This document shows, in pieces, positions 43,861 to 56,681 of a DNA stretch of 64,000 nt (position 1 is the first letter of the stretch; each line of letters opens with the position of its first letter). Below the pieces are notes generated by a model, which was not told the DNA's origin, searched no databases, and saw only the letters and a program-made list of their open reading frames with translations. Source of the DNA: Eledone cirrhosa (taxonomy: Eukaryota); the NCBI GenBank assembly GCA_964016885.1, contig OZ024743.1, positions 279,992,001 through 280,056,000 on the forward strand, read 5' to 3'. A program made the translations under genes and the position numbers.

Positions 43861-44126
43861 ATGTTATATGTTATGGCGTATATATTATATATACTGGTAC
43901 ATGTGCATTTGGTTATGTGTATACGTGAGTTTGCGTCTGTGTGAGTATGCGGGTTCGTGCGTATGTAGGGTGTGTGTATGTGTGTACTTTGTATTTTGGT
44001 TGACGTGCGTCCGCGAACATATGTGTATTTAAATGTAGGTATGTGTGTGCGCGCGTTATATACGTACTTATGTGTGTATATTTATATATATTATGTATAC
44101 ACGCACATACACACATATATATATAT

Positions 44127-44781
44127 AGTTTAGGTATGATACATTTTATTACTAATTATATCTAAATGTTTCTTCTCTCTTCATAATGTATTTTTAACTC
44201 TGATACTGGTTCAGTCTAGTTCAAACTGAATTGGTCTGTCCCAGTCATTCATTGAGCAACATCGGTGAAGTTGGCACCCTTAACTCACAGTTGGGTGCGG
44301 ATGCATTCATGTATATATGTGTGTGTCCGCATGTATCTGTGTGTTTCTAAATATATTGTTAATAACTCCCTCTGGTCGAGCAATCTTTGAGGTGTGGGGA
44401 CAACTGGAAAGCTTCCATTACTCATACTTCTCGCCTTCTTCACTACCTCTTCTACGGCCTCGATATGAATACCCCCTCCGCCTCCGTGGTATTTTCTTCG
44501 TGGTTATAGGAGGCTTAGCTCTGTTTCTCGACCGTTATATCGCGTGACTATCTCCCCCTCCGCCTTTTGGGATTCTTTCTCACGTCGTGTAGACGCGTTC
44601 TTGAGACTAGTAAAATGAGGTATCCTCTTGATAAGTCGGCAGACCTCGCAGGGACTCTATATCTTTGATATATTGTTTTTGTTTATGCCACGAAACTACG
44701 TAGTCGAGGAATTTAGGAGCAGTTTAGGTATGATACATTTTATTACTAATTATATCTAAATGTTTCTTCTCTCTTCATAAT
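44127..44781 (+). mobile_element. Retrozyme-like element: 61-bp identical direct terminal repeats, 594-bp unit, internal HHR
   Basis: 44127-44187 is identical to 44721-44781; flanked by TA repeats; no credible ORF; HHR at 44623-44710. Confidence 0.8.
44623..44710 (+). ncRNA. Type I hammerhead ribozyme, U3:A8 variant
   Basis: TCCTC-TTGATAA-GT(C)GGCA...TGCCAC-GAAAC-TACGTA-GTC-GAGGA. Perfect 5-bp stem I, palindromic stem III, GUC triplet (cut after 44705). Confidence 0.82.
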
Positions 44782-45475
44782 ATATATATTAATATATATT
44801 TTTATGTGTATTTGGTGTATACGTTCGTATGTGTGCGGGTACAGGCGTTGCGTGGGTTCTGTATGTTCGTGCGTGTTTTTTTTTGTGCACGTGCTTGTAT
44901 TTGCATACCCATGGCGAGTGTTTTCGCGTATGCTTGTGTACGTACGTATATGGATGCGTGTATGTATATATTTAATTTCAATTACCACTGTATTTTATTT
45001 ACTTTATTCTTAACTCTGAAGCCGAGAATCATTCGGTTTCCTAGATAGAATGTTAGTCTACGACTTCAGTTATACCATTTACGTTGTTTTGTCTTTGCGG
45101 GTAATTGTTTTCTTCGCTCTACATAATGACGTATTATCTTCGTTTTTTTCCGTTCATTGCCAGAGAACGTCTCCATGAACCACCTAATAGAATATTAGTC
45201 TACGTCTTTATTTATACCATAAATGTGGTTTTGTCTTTGCGTGTAATTGTTTTCAACGTACCAAATTATGACGTATTATCTTCGTTTTTTTTTCGTTCTT
45301 TGCCAGGGAACGTTTCCACGAACCAAAGTATCGTCTTCCTGTCTTCCTTCGGTTGCAACGTTTTTTTTTTATATTTACTCCTGCGTTCACAGATTGACTT
45401 TTTTAGCTTCAGAAGATCCCGTTCAGGGTGAAAGCAACGATTCTTTGCTTAAACTTTAATCTGCTATTTTAATAA

Positions 45476-45525
<50 letters not shown>

Positions 45526-45700
45526 ATAATAATAAAATTTGAAGGCTAAAATCCAAAGAGGGCTCGATAAGGATAAATATATATCAAATATATAAGAACC
45601 GTAACCGTAGAGCAACCCGTTAAAGGTGAAAGCACCGATTCTTTGCTTAAACTTTAATCTGTTATTTTAATAAATATATATATAGAGAGAGAGAGAGTGC

Positions 45701-45745
45701 ACTGCCTTGATAACTGACCATCAGTCAGAAACGACCGTCGGTAGT
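45701..45745 (+). ncRNA. Minimal hammerhead ribozyme, U3:A8 variant
   Basis: ACTGCC-TTGATAA-C-TGAC(CATCA)GTCA-GAAAC-GACC-GTC-GGTAGT; 6-bp stem I with one G.U pair. Confidence 0.75.
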
Positions 45746-45853
45746 TAGCCTCTCCTGTTTCTGCTGGAATTCGTAAACTTACTGTATATCATTAGATAAA
45801 CACATCCTTATATAGCTATGCCGGAGCGAAAACTTTAATATAATATAAATAAA

Positions 45854-45904
<51 letters not shown>

Positions 45905-45911
<7 letters not shown>

Positions 45912-46489
45912 TAAAAGGAAAAGAAAATGCTGACAAATTGTTCCCAGTGAAAAATAGTTTAATTAGGAATAAGTAAGAATTAGTAGTAGTATTGGTTAGT
46001 ATTCAGTTTTGGTTTCAAGTTTTACCGGTTGCGCATTTCTAATGCTTTTCAAAAATAATTTTAAGATAGAGCGCCCGTGATGTTTGCTCTAATCTGATTA
46101 GTTTTGGAAATTCTACCTGTTTTATGTAAAAAAAAATGGCTCCAGATGTATGAAAAAATTATTGTGGTAATAACAATTTTGATTGGTCGGTAGAGGTTAT
46201 ATGAATGTTAAAAATTGATTTTGCGCCAAACGTAGGTTTGTCTCGGCTGATTGAGAAGTCACTGAAAAATAAGTCTTTCAAGACAAATATGTGTGTGTGT
46301 GTGTGTAGTAGTAGTAGTAAAGAGGTTCGTTGTTGTGATAATGGTGAGCAGGGATGTGTCTGCGAACCGCAGCCTGCTGACAGGTCAACAGTTCAAAGAG
46401 CTGAAAAATATCTTTTAACATGTTAAAATATCACCCACACACGTACAGAACATTCCTACTGACCGATCCCTCTACCACTAATTACTCTG

Positions 46490-46532
<43 letters not shown>

Positions 46533-47030
46533 TCTTAATAGGCATTTGAACTGTTGACCTGTCAGCAGGCTGCGGTTCGCACACACATCCCTGCTGACCA
46601 TTATCACAACGACGAACCTCTTTACTACTACTACACACACACACATATTTGTCTTGAAAGACTTATTTTTCAGTCACTTCTCAATCAGCCGAGACAAAGC
46701 TACATTTGGCGCAAAATCCATTTTTAACATTCACATGATCTCTACCGACCAATCAAAATTCTTTTGACCACAAGAATTTTTTCATACATCTGGTGCCACT
46801 TTTTTTACATAAAACAGGTAGAATTTCCAAAACTAATCAGATTAGAGCAAACATCACGGGCGCTCTATCTCAAAATTATTTTTGAAAAGCATTAGAAATG
46901 CGCAACCGGTAATACTTAAAACCAAAACTGAATACTAACCAATACTATTACTAATTTTTACTTATTCCTAATTAAACTATTTTTCACTGGGAACAATTTG
47001 TCAGCATTTTCTTTTCCTTTTACCAATATA
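45905..47030. mobile_element. ~1.1-kb inverted duplication (arms ~490 bp) of the GCAA-hammerhead element
   Basis: 45905-46397 is inverse to 46545-47030 with a ~150-bp spacer; (TA)n on both outer sides. Confidence 0.9.
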
Positions 47031-47061
47031 TCATAACTCGTGTGTTACACCTCTATTCTTT

Positions 47062-47178
<117 letters not shown>

Positions 47179-47243
47179 CAAAGAGAGTGTGGACAATAAC
47201 GCACAAGAGTACTCAATGCGTAGGGTAGGAGACTGGGTAATAG

Positions 47244-47334
47244 GAAAAGAGTCAGTACCCCGGCGGCTGAGCTCGGGTTCGGATCTAATTGTCGAAACGG
47301 CCGAAGCTCAGCCGTCGGGGTCTTGACTCTTTTC
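47244..47334. repeat. GC-rich hairpin related to 20740-20815
   Basis: GAAAAGAGTCAGTACCCCGGCGGCTGAGCT...AGCTCAGCCGTCGGGGTCTTGACTCTTTTC. Confidence 0.8.
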
Positions 47335-47588
47335 TTATATATATATTGCAATTATATTTCTTTAATTGTAATTGTTAATATGTCGCTATTTTCTCTATGT
47401 GTGTATTTTCGCATGTCAATATATTTTCTGATGTAACACACAAGAATAGATTATGTATATATGACTGACTAGCATCTACACGTATTTTCTCCTGTCCTTT
47501 TTCAATATTTTCTTTGTTTCTTTTTTTCTCCTGCCTGTCTACTTGTTTATTTTCTCTCCTAAACATTTTCGTTTCTCCTCTGATGTTA

Positions 47589-47624
47589 TCTTCCGATGAA
47601 GGACTAGTGTCCGAAACGTTAAGA
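47589..47624 (+). ncRNA. Minimal hammerhead motif with loop-less stem III (U4 changed to C)
   Basis: TCTT-CCGATGA-A-GGAC(TAGT)GTCC-GAAAC-GTT-AAGA; AACGTT palindrome. Confidence 0.62.
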
Positions 47625-48632
47625 CTCTTCCGACACCATTTCTTCCCATTTCACATTCTTCAGCCCTTTTTTCCTAATACACTATCTTTTCATTCTCCCT
47701 CTTTTCACTACCTTTTCTCTATTTTTCATTGTATCTTCCACTTTGCTCTACCCCTATTTCTCACACTTTCTCTTCCTTTCTCTCTATTCCCCCTCTCTCT
47801 CTCCCTTTCTATTTCTCCATACACTCTCTTCCCACACTTTCTCTCTTCCTCTCTCTCGCTCTATCTCTATCTCTCCCCCTCTCTCTTTCTCTCCCTCTTT
47901 TCCCATCTCTTTTCTTCTTTATGTCTCTTACCCTCCCCTCTCACATCCTGTCCTCATACTTTTCCTCACTTTCGTCTATTTTTCTCATCCTCTCACTTTA
48001 CTGTCGATCCCTTACCACCTAATACTCGGTGATTATTTTTGTCATTTTTTGGGGAAAGGCGGAAAATGTTGTTACTGTTATTTTGTATCGTTTTTTTTAC
48101 ATCACTAATACCACCACTACCATCAATACCGCCAGCATCACCACCAACATCCCCCCCCCCTCCTTAGTTCTTCAGCCCTGTAACATCTCACACAGTATTC
48201 CGAACTATCCTACTCCCACTTCCAACAGCACGCTGCATCTCCCTCATTCCCTATCTACACACCTCACCCCTCTGCATTTTTACAGTTTACGCTCCATATC
48301 CTCCCACCGCCACCATTCCACCATTTGACCCACCATTTTTACGAAGACCATTCTTTAAACATGAGTCACAAACATGCTTGTTTTTTAACACCATGTACGT
48401 GTTTTTGTGTGTGTGTGTATATATATATATATGTCTTTGTGTGTTTATTTTTGAGTATGTGTATGTGTTTGTGTGTTTTAGTGTGCATATATATATATTT
48501 GTGTATGTGATTTAGTGTGTAAATATGTTTGAAGATGTATTTGTCTGTGTGTATAACGTATAAATGTTTCCGAGTGTTTTAGTTTTATGTAATGTACTTT
48601 GTATGTATTTCTGTGTGTCTATGTGTTTTCTG

Positions 48633-48744
<112 letters not shown>

Positions 48745-49849
48745 TGCATGAGTATTAGAATCAATGTGTATGTGTGTGTGTGTGCGTGTGTGTGTGTGTG
48801 TGTGAGAGTCAACGAGCGAGGGAAATTGTTTGCGTGTCATTCACAAGTCTAGACTCAATGTGTAAGCATGCACTTGTATGTTTTTATGTGTGCATGTGCT
48901 TAAGATGTTAGCATGAATGTGTGTATGCACTTGTGTAAAGGTGTAGTTGAAATGTGTATGTTTGTTTCTGCGCTTTTTCACAGATGTGTAAGTGTGTGTG
49001 TTTTGTGTCAATGCATTTGTGTGTGCGCCTCGCTCGGAAAAGAGTATGTGTGTGAATGATTATTTCTGTGTATGGATCATACATAATTATAGACTAAATA
49101 CGTAAGAATGTACGTGTATGTGTATATTTAATTCCCTGTGTGTCTATGTGAGTGAGAGTATGTGTATGTGTGTGTGTGTGTTTATGTGTGTATGTGTGTG
49201 TGTATGTGTGTGTGTGTACAAGCATTAGTGCCAATATGTTTGAAATTGAAAACCCGTATGTATTATGTCATACGTATTTGGATCTAAATGTATTTGTATG
49301 AGTGAGAATACGTATACGTATGCGCATGCGCATGTGTTTAGGCGTGAAGTGTTGCAATTAATATGTATATGTGTTTGTGTAGTTTCGTACACGTGAACCT
49401 ATTATATACAAGCATATTCTACTGAAATGTGTGTGGATATGTGTATGTTTGTGTGCGTCTATGTGCGCACGTCTGTGCGTGAAGCGCTGATATTAGTAAT
49501 CTGTGCGCGGGTAGGTATATATTTCTGCGCGTAAATGTATCTTACACAATCATAGTCTAGGCTAGTGTGACTATACGTATATGTGTATGCGTGCGCAAGC
49601 ACGTGGCTGTCTATGTGTATGCATGGATGTGTATATATTTGCGTCTTTGTTAGTGTGTATGTGTGAAATTGTGTATGTATGTGTTTAAGAGAATGTTGAT
49701 GTGTGCAAGATTCTTCCGAACGACCCAACCCCTTTTCACAGGAATTTTTTCAACGCTTTCATGTCCATATTTCTTCACCCTTTCCATGGCCTCTACAGAA
49801 ACATTACATCTCCCTTAGAATTTCAACGCTCCCTTTACATCATCGAAAT

Positions 49850-50195
49850 TGTCATCATTGTCGCCATTTTTATAATCACTATCTTCCATATCATCGTCAT
49901 CATCATCATAATCATCGTCATCATCATCATCAGCAGCATTATTATCATCAACATCATAATCACCATCACGCCCAAGCTCATCAACATCGTTGTCACTGTC
50001 ATCACCAACGCAACCATCATCATCATCATCATCATCACCATCATCACCATCACCATCACCATCATCATCACCATCATCATCTCCTTCCTCATCCGCATCA
50101 TCATCGTCATTATCATCGCCATCATCATCTTCATCATCATCATCATCATCATCCTCACCATAATCACCATCATCATCATCATCACCATCATCATG

Positions 50196-50241
<46 letters not shown>

Positions 50242-50300
50242 CCATCATCACCATCACCATCATCATCATCATCATCATCGTCATCATTATCATTCTACCG
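49850..50300. repeat. (CAT)n/(CAC)n microsatellite
   Basis: Source of the poly-His, poly-Ile and poly-Met pseudo-ORFs. Confidence 0.95.
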
Positions 50301-51251
50301 TCTTCATTTTCAGGAAAAATAACTAAGCTTACTGCATTTACTAACACTGCAATCATCACCTCCACTGTCACTAAGACAACCACCACGACAACCACCACCA
50401 TCATCATGGTTGTAATTGCTACCACCATAGAGGCAATGTAAGAGATTTACGTGGTCGATCATCATGCTAGAAATAGTAGCCAAAATCTCCCTGAATCGAC
50501 TTAGAAAAGAACACAGAACACGTGGAATAATATACTCTTAGGTACATTGCACAACTGAAAAAGATGGAATGATCACGGCTGGATTGTCTTTGATATCATA
50601 GATCTTCTAGATTAGGAATGATTTTTGAAACAACAACATTACTAAGATCATCATCATCATCTTTAATAACATGATTATCAAAACTAATAACTTCACCAAC
50701 ATCATCAACATCTCCACCATCATCATCATCATCAATAGCAACATCATGGACATTATCACCCCTATCATTACCTACACCACCATTATCGCCAATATCAACA
50801 CTACCAACATAACCAACACATATAACTAATATTATCAGCATCATCTGCATCATCATCGATATACCCATCACCATCCCCACATCACCTTTTAACCTTACCA
50901 ACTCCATCAGCATCAACACTAACATCAACACCAACACCAATATCATCAACATCATTCAGCAGCATCAAATCATAACTAGGAATTTGATGATAGTGATTTC
51001 GATACGACAGGCATACTCATGATACTGATGTAAAAATACGTCATATCTTAGATAGATAGGTAGGTAATCAGAGAGAGAGAGAGGGGGATGGGGAGAGAGA
51101 GAGAACGTGAGATGTATATATAAATATATATATATATAGTAATATATAATGAACTGGCCTAAATCTTAGCTATTATTTACTTTTAACAACCCCTGTCATT
51201 TTCGTTTAACAACTTTATTAAGAGACACAAAAACAAAGAAAAGAATCCCCA

Positions 51252-51294
51252 GTCACTGAAGAGGTCACAGAATGTGTGACGAAAGAACTTTGAC
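51252..51294 (+). ncRNA. Minimal hammerhead ribozyme
   Basis: GTCA-CTGAAGA-G-GTCACA(GAATG)TGTGAC-GAAAG-AA-CTT-TGAC. Confidence 0.75.
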
Positions 51295-51919
51295 AATATA
51301 TGAACAACCGTCAGGTTGTGGAACCAACCAACCAACCGGAAATTTATAAATTCTTAAATTTATAAATTTAATTTATAATAAATTGAAGTGAAAGCAACTG
51401 GTGCGTGTGTTTCAACTGGTGCGTGCGTGTGGCAACATGACCCTCCCAAAGCATAACAATGACTTTATTTACATTATTCTCAAACTCCGGAGCTGAGAAT
51501 CATTCGGTTATTCTAAATAGATTCTAGTCTAATGAATCCATTTATACTTAATCTTTCTAACTTTTATTTTTTGTTTAAAGTCTAGATTTATATTGTTAAG
51601 TTACAATGAATTGCTTTTTTAAAACAATTGTTTTACTTCGTCATTTATTCCATAGACGTGTTTTTGCCTTTGCGTGAAATTATTCTCAGCGCTCCACATA
51701 ACGACGTAATTATCCTCGCTCTTTTCCCGTTCATTGCCAGGGAATGTCTTCACGAACCAAAGTATCGTCTTCCTGTTTTCCTTCGGTTGAAGCATTTTTC
51801 GAAATATTTGCTTCTGCGTTCACAGATTGATTTTTCTTTTTAGTTTCAAAAGATGCCGCTAAGGGTGAAAGCAGCGATTTTTGCTTAAACTTTAATCTGT
51901 TATTTTAATAAATTAATAA

Positions 51920-51965
<46 letters not shown>

Positions 51966-51983
51966 TTGTGTCTGTGGTGTGTG

Positions 51984-52055
<72 letters not shown>

Positions 52056-52111
52056 TATGTATATATATATGTATATATATAAATATATATTTATACATTT
52101 ATATAAATATG

Positions 52112-52156
<45 letters not shown>

Positions 52157-52521
52157 ATAATAATAAATTTGAAGACTAAAATCCAAAGAGGGCTCGATAA
52201 GGATAAATATATATCAAATATATAAGAACCGTAGAGCAAATATTTTATATTATATTTTATTTGATGAAAGCGCACCATAGTTTGCCTTGGTGGCCCTTGA
52301 AATATGTATAATGAAATAAATATGGTTTTATAAATATAGTTTCCATTTGTTAATATATTTTATATATATATATATATATATTGTTATACTTTGGGAGGGT
52401 CAAGAAACACACGCACCAATTGTTTTCATTCCAATTTATTATAAATTAAATTATAAATTTAAAAATTTATAAATTTCCAGTTGGTTTGTTGGTTTCACAA
52501 CCGGACGGTTGTTCATATATT

Positions 52522-52564
52522 GTCAAAGTTCTTTCGTCACACATTCTGTGACCTCATCAGTGAC
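52522..52564 (-). ncRNA. Minimal hammerhead ribozyme (inverted copy of 51252, CTGATGA core)
   Basis: Reverse complement reads GTCA-CTGATGA-G-GTCACAGAATGTGTGAC-GAAAGAACTT-TGAC, within 52380-52580, which is inverse to 51235-51460. Confidence 0.77.
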
Positions 52565-52809
52565 TCTGGGTTCTTTTCTTTGTGTTGTGCCTCTCCTTTG
52601 TTCTGTCCTACGCCATCTTGTTTTTGTGTGTGTTGTGTGCTTAGTTTGCGCATGTGTTACATTCTGGTGTCTGTGTGTGTTTCTATTTGTTTATTTATTT
52701 GTTTATTTACATGTTACTGGTTGGTTGTTTGTTCTATGTGTGTGTGTTTTCATTTTGTTCTTAATAGTAAGTTGTGATGTTGCTATTCCATTCATGTTTT
52801 CTATTTAAA

Positions 52810-53205
52810 ACACTTATTAGTAATACATACCTTTTTCAAAGACCTCCCTGTGTAGATAAGAAATGCATAATCTGTAAACTAAGCCCCCATATTAACTGTA
52901 AAACTAGAAAAATAGTATATAGCATAAGATGTACTGAAGGACAATGTAAAGATAAGAATATAGTGTACATAGGTGAGACAGCTCGTAGTATAGGAGAACG
53001 ATTAAATGAACACTGGCGAGTACTTCAAGATAGAAAAGAATCCTCAGTACTCCACCAACATGCTAAAATAGAACATAAGTGCAAATTAGAGAACATAGAA
53101 ATAAAAATAAAATCTACACACAGAAAAGACACAATGTTTAGACAAATCACAGAGGCAATAAACATAAGTGTACTCCAACCAAAATTAGATAAAGAATCTT
53201 GCTAA
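52810..53205 (+). pseudogene. Penelope-like element C-terminal GIY-YIG endonuclease (5'-truncated fragment)
   Basis: Open frame PCVDKKCIICK...CKTRKIVYSIRC...VYIGETARSIGERLNEH...SVLHQH...RQITEAINISVLQPKL: Cys-rich linker plus the GIY-YIG motifs typical of PLEs. No RT upstream. Confidence 0.9.
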
Positions 53206-53230
53206 ACAAATTCGGAAACGCAATATAGAT

Positions 53231-53262
<32 letters not shown>

Positions 53263-53289
53263 ATATATAACTATATATTTATATATATG

Positions 53290-53320
<31 letters not shown>

Positions 53321-55199
53321 TTATATATGTATATACACATCTATACATCTATATATATATATATATATACGGATATATATTAAAGGAAATTAAATTATGC
53401 GCTTAGCAGCTTAAGTGTGCAATGAATTCCTGCCTGTATATATGTATTTATATTACTGAACACCAGGCGTTAGTTGACACTTTTCTTTTTGTGTCATTGA
53501 AACCTCCCTTGACCTCGGATCCCGGAATATTGTTTTCCAGCAGCAAATCTGAAGGAGGTTAGAGAACGGATCCCAATGAGGTTGAATGGATGATGCAACT
53601 GGGTTTGGCTGATTGATCTCCGCAGAAATGCTTTCGCGATTTGGTCCTTCTACATATATACAACTGGTCGGATACATATATATGTTCTTTAAGGACCGTA
53701 AGTGGATTGTTTAATATTTATTACAACATAACTGTACATATTTGATTGGCACAATCTATATTTATAGCTACAATTATTTCGTCGTGTGGTATCTGAAGTT
53801 TTCAGTGTGAAAGGTAACTAGTTAACCCCCCCCCCCCCCACTCCCCTCCACACACACACAAACACAAATCTAATCTGTAAGCGGCACTAGTTTAATATAC
53901 AAGACCTTTTATAAGATGGCTTCTCATTTAGTCACAAGGGTAGCAGGTCTTTGGCAAGGGATATGTTGATTACGAAAGGTAAAGTTGAGTTGGTGATATT
54001 AGAACTCAGAATGCAAGAGCCATAACTAAAGAGACAAAAATAATTGAGATGCAATTATTTACTGTTCTGATTTATCAATTGAAGCGATGAAACCTTGTTT
54101 CTTTGTCAGAAATGAAACGTTTCTCTATATAAAGAATTGTAAAGAATTATAAAAAGTAAGTAAATATTCTTAGATACGTAGATACATACATGCATCCATA
54201 GATGTATACATGCATCCATAGATGTATGTATACATGCATACCCACATATCTACATACCTGCATACATGCATGCATAGGTATATACATGCACATACACGCA
54301 TACATATATGCATGCATACATACACATATACATACATACATACACACACAGATACATACATACATGTATACATACATTGATACATACACACATGCATGCA
54401 TACATACATACATACATATATACCTATATACGTACATAAATACATACATAGATACATGCATACATATATGTATACATATGTAAATACATGCATGCAGGCT
54501 TAAATATATACATTACATACAGTCATACATATTGTTGCAAAATAACGACAATAATACACATAGGAGAGAATCTTGGAGGAGATATCATCTGTCTATCAAT
54601 GAGTCATGCATGAGTTGGTGTATTGGCATGACAGTACGCCTACAAGAATTGCGTTTTCCATATATCATAACAAGCAATACATATTAAATAACTTACGAAT
54701 TACAGAGACAAGCATTCATTCATAATATTGGGATATTATAGTTAAAATATCTATAGGTTTGAATTGCGACATTTTCGAAAATATTACCTACGTGGAAATC
54801 TGCTCCTAAATATCAAATTATTACTTACTGTTCGGAAGATTATTCAATGCAATCCATGCAAAGAATATGCGCTTAAGAATGACAAAAAGAAAATACTCCA
54901 TATATATATATAGGGTTACTTCCCATTCCGATTATATATGTTTAATGATTTGAATGGCCCTCTTTTCAAAATGTATCAATCTCACACTTTTTTTACAAAT
55001 CTACGCTACTTAATAATTCAATACATATTGCGTAATACCACTGAACATTTTCTTAAACCCGTAAACCTGCATTCTATTGAATATATTTCCAGAATCAGTA
55101 GAATATCCTTCCCTCAAAAATGTGTCTATCTCATAGTAAATATAATATAGTCCAGAATATTAGGGAACAAAAACCATACGTTTTACATACAAACACACT

Positions 55200-55239
<40 letters not shown>

Positions 55240-55369
55240 CATATATATATAGATGTATATATATATGCATACATACATGCATACATTCATACACACACAC
55301 ACATATATATATATATATATGTATACACACACACATAAACACACACACGCACACATAGACACACACACG

Positions 55370-55500
<131 letters not shown>

Positions 55501-55934
55501 TTTATGAATGTTCATACACAGAAGTAAAGTGACACCTAAGGTTTCAAGGCACAATATTGACCATATCTCCAATATCTTTAGAATGTAAGAGGGATTAAAA
55601 TTGTGATCTAATCTTCATCTGCCTAGATGAGATTGAAGATACCATTGAAAGTATAGGGTGCTAAAAAGTATTACTACAAAGAGAAATAACTCAAAGATGT
55701 AAATTCGAGGAAAGTTTTAGTACACGTCTAGTATTGTGCACTGTAGCAGATATATGGTATTATGTTGTGGCATGTAATATAAAGATGGTAATATTTATTT
55801 AGGTATGGAGTAGAGTAATGTAGAATGTACACTGTATTGTGTAAGTGTGGAAGCAGGAAAAGAAAAAGACAAGATATTACGAAAGTATATAAATCAAATT
55901 AAGGTGGCTGAAAATCAATTGTATTTCTTGAGTA

Positions 55935-56465
55935 TTGCTCCTTAGCAAGCAGTTGGCGTTTGAGATGGCAGCATCCTCTAAAGATGTCGTTCCTTGAGTT
56001 CAAATAATTATTATTGAGAGACCACAAACCTTGTAATATTCTAAATTTCTCACAAATCAGGAGCGACATCTCTTGGTACCATTGGTATAAGTTTTGGATC
56101 TTTCAAGTAAATTCCAAGTAACCTCCTGAGGGACTCCTTTCCCTTAATTGTCAGATTTATTTGCCAGAGCCGTGCTGCTTCCCATACCATATCTTTCACT
56201 AACTTCAGAATTTTCTGTGGTGTTGTCTGTAATCTATGTGTCTTACACAACGGATGTGATACTACATTTCTGTTGGAGAGCGCAGTTTTCTTTAATCCTA
56301 CAAGAGCAGCTTGGAATTACGTTGGGTATATTCTTGGCAATAACTTTTGATCTCATAAACTGACAAGATCAATAGGATATCTTGGTGGAATTACGATTGA
56401 ATAGTTTATTGTATGCATGTCGTGGTGGTAAATGCCTGTCTAAATACTTCTTACATACCTCCATA
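55935..56465 (-). pseudogene. Decayed Penelope-like element linker + GIY-YIG
   Basis: Hand translation: LDRHLPPRHAYNKLFNRNSTKISY, SCSCRIKENCALQQKCSITSVV*, EVTWNLLERSKTYTNGTKRC, YLNSRNDIFRGCCHLKRQLL. Confidence 0.78.
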
Positions 56466-56471
56466 CCTTCT

Positions 56472-56556
56472 CACACATGCATGCATGAAGATATGCATAC
56501 ATACTTACCTAGTTGATGTGTAAATTCAATGAGAGAGTCTTGTATCTATGTTAGAA

Positions 56557-56631
<75 letters not shown>

Positions 56632-56666
56632 TGGCAAACATTTGTGAAATTATAAAACCAGAAGAA
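56472..56666 (+). mobile_element. 3' end of the R4/Dong-like LINE
   Basis: Matches 10140-10268 (ACCTAGTTGATG...TAGAAACCGACTCTCTC...TTTGTGAAATTATAAAACCAGAAGAA). Confidence 0.85.
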
Positions 56667-56681
56667 CGTACATACATATAC

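Noticed and set aside
49701-50441. Poly-His, poly-Ile and poly-Met ORFs
   Set aside because: (CAT)n microsatellite open in several frames on both strands; no complex coding sequence.
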